Assembly: GCA_039934415.1 (NCBI GenBank)
Contig: JBDTME010000001.1
Span: 137,417-201,416 of the forward strand
DNA: 64,000 nucleotides
Source: Patescibacteria group bacterium
Lineage (GTDB): Bacteria; Patescibacteriota; Microgenomatia; UBA1400; PJMF01
Direction of reading: 5' to 3'
Positions 1 to 10,333 of this stretch are shown piece by piece. The notes under the pieces were generated by a model. The model saw only the letters and a list, made by a program, of their open reading frames with translations, was not told where the DNA came from and did not search any database. Position 1 is the first letter of the stretch; each line of letters opens with the position of its first letter. Both the position numbers and the translations under genes were made by a program.

Positions 1-62
1 GAGTAAGGACTACCCATAACTTGAGACGCTCGAGTTGAAACACGACGGAAGTATTTTTTCAT
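1..62 (-). CDS. 5' end of a gene running off the window edge; possibly low-affinity iron permease (Fet4-like) family
   Basis: The reverse strand from ATG at 62 reads MKKYFRRVSTRASQVMGSPY. The F-R-R...GSP pattern resembles bacterial Fet4-family N-termini. Only 20 codons are visible. Confidence 0.4.
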   Translation of the reverse strand, partial: MKKYFRRVSTRASQVMGSPY

Positions 63-160
63 AAGGCTTTCTGAATTGTATTCATTCTAAGTGGGTTTCA
101 AAAAAATGTGAATACCCTTTCACAATGACTATAAGAGACAAAATTGTAACCATCTCCCTC

Positions 161-190
161 TTGTAGTGCATTTGTATAAGTGTCTATACT
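161..190 (+). promoter_or_regulatory. Putative sigma70 promoter of the alpha-glucan operon
   Basis: TTGTAG (161-166), 18-nt spacer, TATACT (185-190), in the divergent intergenic region 63-226. Confidence 0.35.
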
Positions 191-226
191 AAAAGTGAGG
201 TAATTATTTATTGCCTTTGTTTTCGT

Positions 227-1450
227 ATGGGAAATAATCAAATACTCATGCTAGGCTGGGAGTATCCACCACATAACAGTGGTGGACTTGGTGTGGCTTG
301 TGAAGGGCTAACTCAGGCATTGGCTGACGGGGGGACTGAAATTTGCTTTACTCTTCCGTATGAACATCCTGTTGATATTGATCATATGCACGTTCTGAGC
401 TGTTACAGTCGATTCGTCACACTCCCATTTGGCAAAAATTCTCCACCGTTTCAGGCGTATTCGACACAAGCATCTGGCACATCAAAAATTAATTTTGATC
501 CCAAAAATGTACGCTCAATGAGCTTTTCTGAACTGGAATACAAGGTCAATGCCTATGCAAACTCAATCTTAGATGCTGTGCGACAAGAGCATATCGCATC
601 AGATGTCATACATGCTCACGATTGGATGACGTATCCAGCAGCTCAATACCTGAAGAAAAAGTTACACAAACCTTTTGTTGCTCACGTCCACTCTACTGAA
701 TTTGATCGAGTTCCAACTGGAAACGGTAATCCTTTTATTACTCATGTTGAGGCAGAAGGTTTGCATAATGCTGATCGAGTCATTGCCGTGAGTGAGCTGA
801 CAAAATCTGTATTAATGGATAAGTATGGTGTTGCAGAGGATAAAATTGATGTTGTGCACAATGGTATTGATGTAGCGCCCAAAATTCAAACATTGCAGTT
901 TGCACAAGACCGGCCTGTTATCGTGTTTATGGGACGGCTCACAATGCAAAAAGGTGCTGAGTATTTTTTACAATTAGCCAAAAAAGTTTTAACCCGAATT
1001 CCGAATGCGCTGTTTGTTGTAGCTGGTCATGGTGATCAATACAGTATGCTACTGCTAGAAAATGCAAAACAAAAGCTGTCGTCGTCCGTCATATTTGCCG
1101 GTTTCCTTCGTGATCAACAAAAAGATTTCTTACTTGATCGGGCAGATGTCTTCGTCATGCCATCAATTTCAGAACCTTTTGGTTTAGTGGCATTGGAGGC
1201 TGTTCAGCGTGAGACACCCGTGATCATCTCAAAAACTTCTGGTGTCAAAGAAGTTTTGCCCGGAGCAATTGTGTTCGATTTTTGGGATACAGATCTTATG
1301 GCAGAAAGTATCGAAAAATTACTGAGGGATCCAACATACTATGAACAAGTTGTTGATCAGCAACTTGCTAGTTTAGGTGAAGTAAGCTGGAAGAAATCTG
1401 CAGAAAAAATAAAAGAGGTCTACCAACGAATTTTGAATCGAAGAAAATAA
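227..1450 (+). CDS. GT4 glycosyltransferase, glycogen/alpha-glucan synthase-like
   Basis: MLGWEYPP..GGLG N-terminus, HAHDW, and PSISEPFGLVALEA (EX7E); adjacent to GH57 and GH15. Confidence 0.85.
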   Translation: MGNNQILMLGWEYPPHNSGGLGVACEGLTQALADGGTEICFTLPYEHPVDIDHMHVLSCYSRFVTLPFGKNSPPFQAYSTQASGTSKINFDPKNVRSMSFSELEYKVNAYANSILDAVRQEHIASDVIHAHDWMTYPAAQYLKKKLHKPFVAHVHSTEFDRVPTGNGNPFITHVEAEGLHNADRVIAVSELTKSVLMDKYGVAEDKIDVVHNGIDVAPKIQTLQFAQDRPVIVFMGRLTMQKGAEYFLQLAKKVLTRIPNALFVVAGHGDQYSMLLLENAKQKLSSSVIFAGFLRDQQKDFLLDRADVFVMPSISEPFGLVALEAVQRETPVIISKTSGVKEVLPGAIVFDFWDTDLMAESIEKLLRDPTYYEQVVDQQLASLGEVSWKKSAEKIKEVYQRILNRRK

Positions 1451-1454
1451 GAAC

Positions 1455-2717
1455 ATGCCAAAAGTTTCACTCTATTTCGAACTTCATCAGCCCTACCGGT
1501 TAGCTCCTTATTCTATTTTTGAGGTCGGTAGGAATCACGAGTATTTTTCAACAAAATCACACGATAGTAACCGAGAGGTGTTTACAAAAGTTGCACTGAA
1601 ATCTTATATCCCCATGTTAAGTTTGCTCCTTAATTTGACGAAACAGTACAAAGAGTTCGTATGGGCTTTTTCGTGCTCGGGCATCTTTCTTGAACAAGCA
1701 GAAACGTACGTACCTGAAGTACTAGACCTGCTTCAGGAGTTGTTGCGTACGCGGCAAGTCGAAGTATTAGCGGAAACGTATTACCACTCACTTGCCTCTT
1801 TGTATTCCTCCCAAGAATTTTTTCAACAAGTCGATTTACACTCAAAAAAAATAGTTGAATTCTTTGGAGTCAAACCAACTGTTTTTCGAAACACAGAACT
1901 TATTTACTCTGACGCAATCGCTTCACTCGTGGGAGAGATGGGTTACACAGGGATATTGACTGAGGCAGTAGACCGCTATTTGGAAGGACAAAAACGAACA
2001 CAACTTTTCTCATCTTACTCGGCGAAGCGATTGCCTTTAATGCTCAAACATTCCCAACTATCAGATGACATTGCATTTCGATTTTCAGACAAAAGCTGGG
2101 TGAGCTATCCTTTGAAAGCAGAAACCTATGTTCATTGGTTAAATGAGTATCAACAAAATGAAATTGTTAATTTATTCATGGACTTCGAAACGTTTGGCGA
2201 ACATCAATGGGGTGAGACTGGGATTTTTGATTTTTTCCAACACGTTGTTCATCAGTTTATTCAGTATGAATGGAACCAATTCGTGACACCCAGTCAAGCA
2301 ATGCAACTAACCGACGCAAGAAAATTGCCGTTATATAAAGTTGCTGAACCAATTTCTTGGGCAGATATTGACCGAGACCTCTCGGCTTGGCGAGACAACG
2401 AGTTACAGCATGATACATTGCGTTTAATCTATGAATTAGAGTCTCAAGTTAAAGCTACCAATGATAAACAGTTACTGCATGACTGGAGGAAATTACAAAC
2501 CAGCGATCACTTTTATTATATGTGTGTTAAATGGTCTGCTGATGGTGACGTTCATGCGTATTTTAGCCCTTATGAGAACCCTATGGATGCATACGTTAGG
2601 TTCACAACAGTACTTGCTGACATTCAATCTCGTATCTCACAATATCAAGCAAAACCGAGTAGAGTTAGAAGCATGAAGTCATTGAAAAAGAGAGCGCCCG
2701 AGTTTATTCAATATTAA
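1455..2717 (+). CDS. GH57 alpha-amylase-family glycoside hydrolase
   Basis: GH57 conserved regions HQPY, ETYYHSL, FRNTELIY, FMDFETFGEH and SWAD. Confidence 0.92.
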   Translation: MPKVSLYFELHQPYRLAPYSIFEVGRNHEYFSTKSHDSNREVFTKVALKSYIPMLSLLLNLTKQYKEFVWAFSCSGIFLEQAETYVPEVLDLLQELLRTRQVEVLAETYYHSLASLYSSQEFFQQVDLHSKKIVEFFGVKPTVFRNTELIYSDAIASLVGEMGYTGILTEAVDRYLEGQKRTQLFSSYSAKRLPLMLKHSQLSDDIAFRFSDKSWVSYPLKAETYVHWLNEYQQNEIVNLFMDFETFGEHQWGETGIFDFFQHVVHQFIQYEWNQFVTPSQAMQLTDARKLPLYKVAEPISWADIDRDLSAWRDNELQHDTLRLIYELESQVKATNDKQLLHDWRKLQTSDHFYYMCVKWSADGDVHAYFSPYENPMDAYVRFTTVLADIQSRISQYQAKPSRVRSMKSLKKRAPEFIQY

Positions 2718-2731
2718 TTACAGTGATATCT

Positions 2732-4741
2732 ATGGCACGTGCAACAGTACTTTCAAATGGAAACATGCTTGTATGTCTTGATGAAACAGGATTTGTACGA
2801 GATCTTTATTTTCCTTATGTTGGGCTCTCAAATCATGTGAGTGGCTATAAGCATCGCATTGGAATTATGGTGGACAAGACATTTTCGTGGCTGGATGATG
2901 GTCAATGGAAAATCAAAATTTCATACAAAAAAGAAACAATGGTGAGTCAGATGATTGCTCATAACGAACAATTAAAAGTTAGTCTTGTAACTGAAGACCT
3001 GGTATATAACGAAACGAATGTCTTTTTACGAAAAGTTGATATCTATAACCATCAGGAAAAACTAGTCGACATCAAACTTTTTTTCGGGCAAGAGTTCATA
3101 ATTGATGAAGGAAATAAACGTAATACTGGCTTCTACGACCCAACGCACAATGCGATTGTGCACTACAAAGGTCGTCGCGTGTTCATCGTGAATGGCATGA
3201 CTGATTCAGGAAACTCGATCGACGATTATACCGTTGGTTCATTTCAATATGAAAATCGAGAAGGGTCATATAGAGATGCTGAAGACGGTGAGTTAAGTAA
3301 AAATGCTGTTGAGCATGGTTCAGTTGATTCAGTGATTCGATTTTGCACATCTTGTGAAAGTGATCGTAAAACCAGTGTATATTACTGGATTTGTGCTGGT
3401 AAAACACTCAATGAGGCTTACACTCTCAACTCGATGGTACTCCAAAAACAACCTGAGGCAATGCTGCACTCAACCGAACAGTATTGGAATGCCTGGTTGA
3501 ACAAACGTCCCCTGCCAAAAGGCGTGCTTTCAGATTCGAAAAAGAGATTGTTTGACACCTCATTATTTGTCATGCGTGCCCACGTCGATAATCGTGGAGG
3601 AATTATCGCTTCTGCTGATTCGAACATGATCGAGTTTGGCAAAGACGATTATTCATATGTGTGGCCACGTGATGCAGCCTTTATTACGATGACATTGGAC
3701 CAAGCTGGCTATACTGAAGTGACCAAGCCATTTTTTTTATTTTGCAAAGACGTTTTACATGAAGACGGATACTTGCATCACCGATTTAGACCTGATGAGA
3801 GTTTGGGATCGACCTGGCACTCTAGTATCGCTCAAAATGACTGGTTGAAGAATAAAATTTTGCAGCTCCCCATTCAAGAAGACGAAAGTGCGGCCGTCAT
3901 ATTTGCCTTATGGAAACATTATGAGATCACAAAGGACATTGAATTTATGGAGATGTTGTTTAAGCCTCTGACTGAAAAAATCGCGAATTTTCTGATGAGT
4001 TTTCGAGACGATAAGTTAGGACTACCTCTTCATTCTTATGATTTATGGGAAGAGAAAATAGGCGTTTCTACTTATACCTGTGCTTGTGTGTATGGTGGCT
4101 TGATGGCAGCAGCTAAATTTTCAGAACTACTTGGCAAGCGTAACCACTTGCGTCTATACAGGGAAGCAGCGAACCAAATTAAACAAGCAGCTATTGACCA
4201 CTTATTCAGCCCAGAATTAAATTCGTTTGTTCGGTATGCTTACGTTCAGGATGGCAAAGTTGATCGGTTTGAAGTAATAGACGCAAGTTCTTTATTTGGC
4301 TTATGGTACTTCGACATGTTATCACCTGATGACCCTTTGTTTATTGCAACAGAAGAAGCCGTACAGAAACGATTAAAAAATCTAAGTCCACTCGGTGGTT
4401 TTATTCGTTATGAAAATGATAATTATTTTAAATCAACTCAGTATTCTAACTCATGGTTTATCATTACTATGTGGGAAGCGCAGCGTGTGTTACATCGACC
4501 AGTACTTAGTGATCAAGATATTGAGTATGTGAAATCTGTTTTAAACTGGGTAGAAAAATATCAGTCTCCATCTGGTGTTCTAGCAGAACAGATTGACCCA
4601 ATAACTGGTGCTCCCCTTTCTGCTACCCCATTAGTCTGGAGTCATTCAGTGTATGTAGAAACAGTTTTGATGTATATTAAGAAATTGAAAGAGGTTGGTT
4701 TGCTTGATGAACAGACTAATGAACTCCAATATGCTCAATGA
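2732..4741 (+). CDS. GH15 glucoamylase-family glycoside hydrolase
   Basis: YSYVWPRD, QEDE, DLWEE, LAEQID and PLVWSH motifs. ATG 2732 preferred over GTG 2723. Confidence 0.92.
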   Translation: MARATVLSNGNMLVCLDETGFVRDLYFPYVGLSNHVSGYKHRIGIMVDKTFSWLDDGQWKIKISYKKETMVSQMIAHNEQLKVSLVTEDLVYNETNVFLRKVDIYNHQEKLVDIKLFFGQEFIIDEGNKRNTGFYDPTHNAIVHYKGRRVFIVNGMTDSGNSIDDYTVGSFQYENREGSYRDAEDGELSKNAVEHGSVDSVIRFCTSCESDRKTSVYYWICAGKTLNEAYTLNSMVLQKQPEAMLHSTEQYWNAWLNKRPLPKGVLSDSKKRLFDTSLFVMRAHVDNRGGIIASADSNMIEFGKDDYSYVWPRDAAFITMTLDQAGYTEVTKPFFLFCKDVLHEDGYLHHRFRPDESLGSTWHSSIAQNDWLKNKILQLPIQEDESAAVIFALWKHYEITKDIEFMEMLFKPLTEKIANFLMSFRDDKLGLPLHSYDLWEEKIGVSTYTCACVYGGLMAAAKFSELLGKRNHLRLYREAANQIKQAAIDHLFSPELNSFVRYAYVQDGKVDRFEVIDASSLFGLWYFDMLSPDDPLFIATEEAVQKRLKNLSPLGGFIRYENDNYFKSTQYSNSWFIITMWEAQRVLHRPVLSDQDIEYVKSVLNWVEKYQSPSGVLAEQIDPITGAPLSATPLVWSHSVYVETVLMYIKKLKEVGLLDEQTNELQYAQ

Positions 4742-5666
4742 GAATAAAAACAACTTTTTTTTAGCTATTGATGGTGGAGGCACGAAAACAACCGTCTGGA
4801 TTGCCGATGAAAGTGGGAACGTTTTGGGTAGAGCGACGACTGGCCCTATGAGTCTTGCTGCAACGACTGAGGCATTGGCCATGGAACATTTTATGACAGC
4901 CATTTCTGAGGCTGTTGAACACCTGGATGTAGCAGGGTTCTCGCAAGTTGTGGTAGGTCTTGCTGGCGTTGACACAGATGAAGAAATCGCCGATGCGTAT
5001 CGTATTTTTTCAACTGCCTTGCATGAACGATTTTCTTTTCTTAATTTTAAAGTTGTGAACGACATTGTGATTGCCCTTGCAAGTGGAAGTACTTCTCCGA
5101 ATACAATATGTTTGATCTCAGGTACTGGTTCTAATTGCTATGGTAGAAATGAACAAGGTGAAACAGCAAAAACTGGTGGCATGGATTACTTGCTCTCAGA
5201 TCAGGGTAGTGGGTTTGAAATTGGACAGCAGGTCCTACGTGCGGCTGTGAAGAGTTTTGATGGGAGATCAAAAAAGACTATGATTGAGGAATTGGTCTGC
5301 CAACATTTTTTTATTGAATCGATTAGTCAATTGAAAGATAAAGTCTACCATCCACTTTTAAATAAAACTCAAATTGGACAATTGTCACAAATTTGTTTTG
5401 CTGCTAAAGAACAACACGATGCGATAGCAAATGAAATAATTGCTGCTTCGATTGAGGAACTTGTAGAAATGGTTGTGACAGTGATGAAGAGGCTTCACCT
5501 AACCAAAAAGTTGACCGATGTTGTTTTAATTGGCGGAATAGCCACCGACCCAGTTGTACACATTCAGCTTGAAGCTAGATTACTAACTCATTTTTCGCAA
5601 ATAAAACTTATTGTTCCAGCTCACCCTCCAGTGTATGGAGCGCTCCAACTGGCTTTACAGAAGTAA
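4731..5666 (+). CDS. BadF/BadG/BcrA/BcrD-family (GlcNAc-kinase-like) sugar kinase
   Basis: AIDGGGTKT, GLAG, VNDIVIA, ISGTGS and DQGSG ASKHA-fold motifs. ATG 4731 overlaps the GH15 3' end. Confidence 0.85.
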   Translation: MLNENKNNFFLAIDGGGTKTTVWIADESGNVLGRATTGPMSLAATTEALAMEHFMTAISEAVEHLDVAGFSQVVVGLAGVDTDEEIADAYRIFSTALHERFSFLNFKVVNDIVIALASGSTSPNTICLISGTGSNCYGRNEQGETAKTGGMDYLLSDQGSGFEIGQQVLRAAVKSFDGRSKKTMIEELVCQHFFIESISQLKDKVYHPLLNKTQIGQLSQICFAAKEQHDAIANEIIAASIEELVEMVVTVMKRLHLTKKLTDVVLIGGIATDPVVHIQLEARLLTHFSQIKLIVPAHPPVYGALQLALQK

Positions 5667-5674
5667 TATCAAAC

Positions 5675-5703
5675 TTGAATCACTGACATTTCTGTGCGAT
5701 GAT
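5675..5703 (+). promoter_or_regulatory. Putative promoter giving a leaderless pgi mRNA
   Basis: TTGAAT (5675-5680), 17-nt spacer ending in TGc, GATGAT (5698-5703), then 6 nt to ATG 5710. Confidence 0.45.
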
Positions 5704-5709
5704 CGCCCT

Positions 5710-7014
5710 ATGAAACTTCTTTACTCCTCCACTTTTTTATATCAGGCTCATGGGGTAACTCATGGTATCAGCAATGAGACCGTTAATGAAAACAAGAAGA
5801 AAGTTGAAGGTGCACTCACCCGAGTCGATAAAAAGGTAGAAAATAAAGAGTACGGTTTTATCAACATTTTATCTGATAAAAAAATGTTGAAGCAAATGGA
5901 GACTGTATTTCACAGTATTCGATTCGCAAAGACTTTAGTCGTGGTAGGAATAGGGGGTTCAGATCTTGGTGGACGAGCAGTTCAACAAGCATTGGAGATG
6001 GATAGACCTGCCATGGACGTCTTTTTCCATGGGGATTCGACTGATCCTGTAGCTATTACTCGATTATTACGTCAGATTGATCTAGATGAGACAGTCTTTT
6101 GTATTATTTCCAAATCTGGGGAAACAATTGAGACAATCTCACAGTATGTTTTGTTTAAAGCGATCATGAAGCAACAGACTGACGAGTGGGCAAATCATTT
6201 TGTATTTATCACCGATGCAAAAAAAGGAATTCTTCGTGAAGAAGCAGTTGAACATGATATTTTGACCTTACCAATTCCTGATGATGTTGGGGGTCGTTTT
6301 TCAGTTCAGACGACTGTAGGACTTTTTCCTTCGCTTGCCATGAGTGTCGATGTTGAGCAGCTTTTAAAAGGGGCAGAGAGTGTAATCAAGGAGTACCGCC
6401 AAATAGCAAAAGATATTGCTATGGATCAATTTTTATTGTACTCACAAGGCATAAAAGTAAATATTTTAATGCCCTACTCAGTTCAACTTGAAGAATTTGC
6501 GCGATGGTATCGTCAACTTTGGGCAGAATCATTGGGCAAACTAGGGGATAAAGGTATTTTACCTATTCAAGCAAGAGGTCCAGCAGATCAGCACTCTCAG
6601 GTTCAGTTTTATACACAAGGTACACTTCTCCACTCATTACTCTTCTTACGTTTAGAAAAGCGTGAGGATGATTACACACTCGATGAAGTCGATATCCCAG
6701 CAGTCAGTTACTTAAAAGGACTTTCGTATCACAAGATTATCAATGTTGAGCAAGAAGCCACTGCTCTAGCTCTAAAAAAACTAGGTAGACCATCTGCAAC
6801 TTTATCCTTAGATACACTTGATGCATTCGGACTAGGCCAGCTATTTATGGTTTTTGAATTAGCTGTCGTCTATTTAGCTGAAATGTTGGAAGTTAATGCT
6901 TTCGACCAGCCAGGAGTCGAAGAAGGTAAAGTAATGATGTACGCATTACTTGGACGATCGGGCTATGAAGACAAAAAGAAAGAGATAGAACAACTCATGA
7001 AAAAAGGAGATTAA
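5710..7014 (+). CDS. pgi: Glucose-6-phosphate isomerase
   Basis: GIGGS, SKSG, GGRFSV, QLWAESLGK, DQHS and FDQPGVEEGK motifs. Start refined to ATG 5710. Confidence 0.95.
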   Translation: MKLLYSSTFLYQAHGVTHGISNETVNENKKKVEGALTRVDKKVENKEYGFINILSDKKMLKQMETVFHSIRFAKTLVVVGIGGSDLGGRAVQQALEMDRPAMDVFFHGDSTDPVAITRLLRQIDLDETVFCIISKSGETIETISQYVLFKAIMKQQTDEWANHFVFITDAKKGILREEAVEHDILTLPIPDDVGGRFSVQTTVGLFPSLAMSVDVEQLLKGAESVIKEYRQIAKDIAMDQFLLYSQGIKVNILMPYSVQLEEFARWYRQLWAESLGKLGDKGILPIQARGPADQHSQVQFYTQGTLLHSLLFLRLEKREDDYTLDEVDIPAVSYLKGLSYHKIINVEQEATALALKKLGRPSATLSLDTLDAFGLGQLFMVFELAVVYLAEMLEVNAFDQPGVEEGKVMMYALLGRSGYEDKKKEIEQLMKKGD

Positions 7015-8492
7015 TTTAGAGGAGTTGTACTTGGCTTTGTTAAATCAATGATGATATAGACAGGTGTTTTCTCGATTACTGTATATCTGTTTTCCAAGTC
7101 GTGCGCTTCATCATCATAATTGGTTGAAACATAAATAGTTGCACCTTTTTGAATTTTGTCTTCAATATCTACACCTATGGGCCACCCTGTTCGATTGGTT
7201 TGAAACAGAAAGTATGTATCACCATCAGCAGGTGCAATAACTTTTGCATCAGTTGGTGTAAGTCTGTCAACGACTTGACCAGCTTCAACATAGTCCCAGT
7301 GATTTACATTGAAATTCCCTTTAAGTTGTTGCCACGCGAGTAGTAACATCCCTACGTTTAAACTTACTACAATTCCTAGTGCTATTTTTTGGCTAGAGAG
7401 TAGATTGGTTAGTATTTTTAGTAACTCCCAACTACCAAGTGAAATAGAGATACAAACAATAGGAGTCATTAAATTTTGGTAGTAATCGTGCTGCACATTT
7501 CCTGTTGCGATCACGGAAAAAAAGAGAGCAATGCTCAACCACCAGAAAAGATAGACAACTTTATCTCGGCTTATTCTTACGAATGCCAGTGGCAAGAAGA
7601 GTATTCCAATATATCCTAAAAACATTTTAGTCAGTCGTTCATAACCCAACCAACGAAACCAAGCAGGTCTGAATCTGATACCATTACTATTAAATAGCCA
7701 AGTTAAGGCGGGAATACCTTCAGGGTATTGTGCAATCCACTTCCTCCAATAATACAGGGGTATGAATGCAATCAGAGCGTATGAGATCAGACCCAGAAAA
7801 AACTGTGCAGAAAGAAATTTTTGAACATCTTTTATTGTTTTAAACTGAAATAGGATTAGGCCTAAATAGACTGGCGCGAGAAAGGCAACGAATGGTTTGA
7901 GAAGTAGTGCAAGTGAAAGACCCACAGCAGACACGAGTAACCACTTTAAGTTTTTTGTGCTCAACCAATTTGAAAAACCTAACAATGAAAATGTTGAAAA
8001 AAATAACATGTATGGTTCGGGCAAAATTGTGCGTGAGTAGTAAACAGAGTATGGCAAGACCGCAAACATGATCGCTGTTACAACAGCAACTCTTTTTCCA
8101 GACAAATTTCTCACTAGGAAATATAAACTCAATAAAGTTCCCAGTGAGACAAGATTTGATAAGAAACGGCTAGTAGGCACAAGTGGTAAAACAGGGATTA
8201 CTTTTAACACAACTGCAGTAAAGGCATTAATGAATGGAAACTCCACCATCCTGTAGCCATGTTGTGCGTTGTTAAGGTTATTGGGAATTGTAGAAAGATC
8301 TTGATAAGTTGGGTGAAGTAGGTCGATACCGTGTTTTAGATATTCACGAGTTACTGAAGCAGTATCTGATTGTCGCCAGCTATGCCAATCAGCCAAAGGA
8401 TAATTAATGCGATAGAGTCTGACCACGAAAGCTACCAGGACAATAAAAGCAATCAGTTTCCACTCATGTTGGGCAATTTTTGATGTGGTCAT
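7011..8492 (-). CDS. GT-C-fold membrane glycosyltransferase (ArnT/PMT_2-like)
   Basis: Multi-TM protein; first loop DWHSWRQSDT, EFP, YYSRTILPE, LLKP; soluble C-terminal tail. Confidence 0.75.
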   Translation of the reverse strand: MTTSKIAQHEWKLIAFIVLVAFVVRLYRINYPLADWHSWRQSDTASVTREYLKHGIDLLHPTYQDLSTIPNNLNNAQHGYRMVEFPFINAFTAVVLKVIPVLPLVPTSRFLSNLVSLGTLLSLYFLVRNLSGKRVAVVTAIMFAVLPYSVYYSRTILPEPYMLFFSTFSLLGFSNWLSTKNLKWLLVSAVGLSLALLLKPFVAFLAPVYLGLILFQFKTIKDVQKFLSAQFFLGLISYALIAFIPLYYWRKWIAQYPEGIPALTWLFNSNGIRFRPAWFRWLGYERLTKMFLGYIGILFLPLAFVRISRDKVVYLFWWLSIALFFSVIATGNVQHDYYQNLMTPIVCISISLGSWELLKILTNLLSSQKIALGIVVSLNVGMLLLAWQQLKGNFNVNHWDYVEAGQVVDRLTPTDAKVIAPADGDTYFLFQTNRTGWPIGVDIEDKIQKGATIYVSTNYDDEAHDLENRYTVIEKTPVYIIIDLTKPSTTPLN

Positions 8493-8494
8493 GA

Positions 8495-10333
8495 TTATTG
8501 TTTTGGTTTTGGTAATACCGCAGTCTCAACTTTTGAACCTGGTAACTGTGGCCGCATCTTACCTTCTGCTAACTCTCTAGCAAAATAAGAGATGACGAAT
8601 CCACTAAGAGCCCAGTATGTAAAGGCAATTTTGGATGAGGCATAGACGTCAATGTAAACAGCATTCACCAGTAAAGCCACACTTCCTGTTACAAAACCGA
8701 TGGCTACTGCTTTGGCAAAAGATGAAGCTGAACTCAGTAATATCTTACCACTCAAAAACATTCCTATGACAATCGTGCCATAAAAAGTGATAACACCTAG
8801 CAGTCCTGTTTCACCTAGTGTCCTGAGAAAATTATTATCAGTACTTTCGGCCTCTGTAAAATCATCGACGTTGGCTTTAGTTAATGTTGCATAACCAGAG
8901 CCAAGTAGTGGGTTACTTTGGAAGCCGCGTATAGCTTGCGGCCAAAGTGTGTCTAGTCGAATCGCCATAGAAAGACCATACTTGAGTGCATTTTCAGAAT
9001 AGACTCGATCTCTAGTAAAAGACGAAGTTGTAGCGACTCCACTTGCACTCACGGTGGTTACAAAGACTGTATCTGGTACTTGAACATAGACGTCGGACGG
9101 TTGTTGAGTTGTAGGGCGTTCATCTGACGGAACGAGCACGTGCGTATTTTCCTGATCTTCTGCAGTAACAGCATGGCCGTTTTCTGGTGGTTTTACGTCT
9201 GGAAGTTTTGGTGTGTATTTTTGAATGATCGCGCTGAAATTCCCTTGCAACAAACTTTTACGACTCTCGTTCAAGCTGTCGTATGTATCCATTAATGCCG
9301 GATGAGGTTGAAGGATTTGTAAGAATCGCTCAAAAATAGAGTCACCAAATGTGAAAAACATGTATAAGATCATGAACGCAGTCAAAGATCCACGACTAAA
9401 TCCCCACCAAAGTTTCCTTTTCCAAGTAGATTGTTGAGCGACAAACAGTGCAATGAGCAGCATTGCGCCTACCACAAAGCCAGCAAACGAAGCTCTGGAA
9501 GCACTCATGATGAGTAGCCACAGTCCGGCTGTGTACGAGATGAAAAGTGGCACTTTCCATCGCCACTTCTTGGTAGCAAAGAAAATAGCAAGTAACATTG
9601 GCAAGGCAACAGCTAAATAACCGGCCATGTCATAGTGACCACCAAATGTAGATTGAACACGTGCATGTTCTGTTAGATACAGACGTTGTCCCTTACTAAA
9701 CTCACGGTTCATTGTGGAATACAGTGGCCAATAAAAAAACTTTTGGCCGTAACCATACATGGAAATAAGTACCACTGTGGTTGCAAAAATGGCTAGCATC
9801 CAAGTGAAATCTTTTTTTGTTTTGACGGCAGAATAAGCGACAAAGAAGAGTGAGAAATATTCTAAATATCTAAAATAATGCAAAAGAGTTTTTCCTACAT
9901 GAAGCGGTTGTAGAGGAATAGTTTTAGTAATATAGACTGCAGAGATGGTGGATAAGATTCCTACGATTGAATAGGCCAATATTATCCAAGTAAACGGTGT
10001 TTTCCATTGAGCTTTTTTTCGCAGGATTTGTATACCGTAGATCACTATGGTTGCCGCTACAAACAGATCCTCTAGTCTGAGTCGAACAATATAACCTGGG
10101 ATAATATCAGCGAGTGGTAGTTTGGGATAAAGCGGGATGAAAGCAAACAGGAAAGCAGATAGGATCAAAAGAATGTGATTGTCCAACCAATGCAACACTC
10201 GTACAAATCTTGAAGATTTTTTTTCACTGATTGGTAAAGATTTACTCATTGATGTACTTTCAATGCGATCAATTTTTACTAGTGGTTGAGAGCCGATTAA
10301 AGGCTTCTTGGTAGATTTTTTTCTTTTCTGCAT
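8495..10333 (-). CDS. O-antigen ligase/Wzy_C-family membrane protein with a large extracytoplasmic insert
   Basis: RVQSTFGG, SASRAS, NPLLGSGY and DNNFLRTLGETGLLG match the WaaL/Wzy_C pattern; many TM segments. Confidence 0.8.
   Translation of the reverse strand: MQKRKKSTKKPLIGSQPLVKIDRIESTSMSKSLPISEKKSSRFVRVLHWLDNHILLILSAFLFAFIPLYPKLPLADIIPGYIVRLRLEDLFVAATIVIYGIQILRKKAQWKTPFTWIILAYSIVGILSTISAVYITKTIPLQPLHVGKTLLHYFRYLEYFSLFFVAYSAVKTKKDFTWMLAIFATTVVLISMYGYGQKFFYWPLYSTMNREFSKGQRLYLTEHARVQSTFGGHYDMAGYLAVALPMLLAIFFATKKWRWKVPLFISYTAGLWLLIMSASRASFAGFVVGAMLLIALFVAQQSTWKRKLWWGFSRGSLTAFMILYMFFTFGDSIFERFLQILQPHPALMDTYDSLNESRKSLLQGNFSAIIQKYTPKLPDVKPPENGHAVTAEDQENTHVLVPSDERPTTQQPSDVYVQVPDTVFVTTVSASGVATTSSFTRDRVYSENALKYGLSMAIRLDTLWPQAIRGFQSNPLLGSGYATLTKANVDDFTEAESTDNNFLRTLGETGLLGVITFYGTIVIGMFLSGKILLSSASSFAKAVAIGFVTGSVALLVNAVYIDVYASSKIAFTYWALSGFVISYFARELAEGKMRPQLPGSKVETAVLPKPKQ

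Noticed and set aside
63-226. tRNA, riboswitch or other ncRNA in intergenic regions
   Set aside because: I recognised no cloverleaf, T-loop or aptamer consensus by eye here or in other gaps; an Rfam/tRNAscan search would be needed to exclude them.
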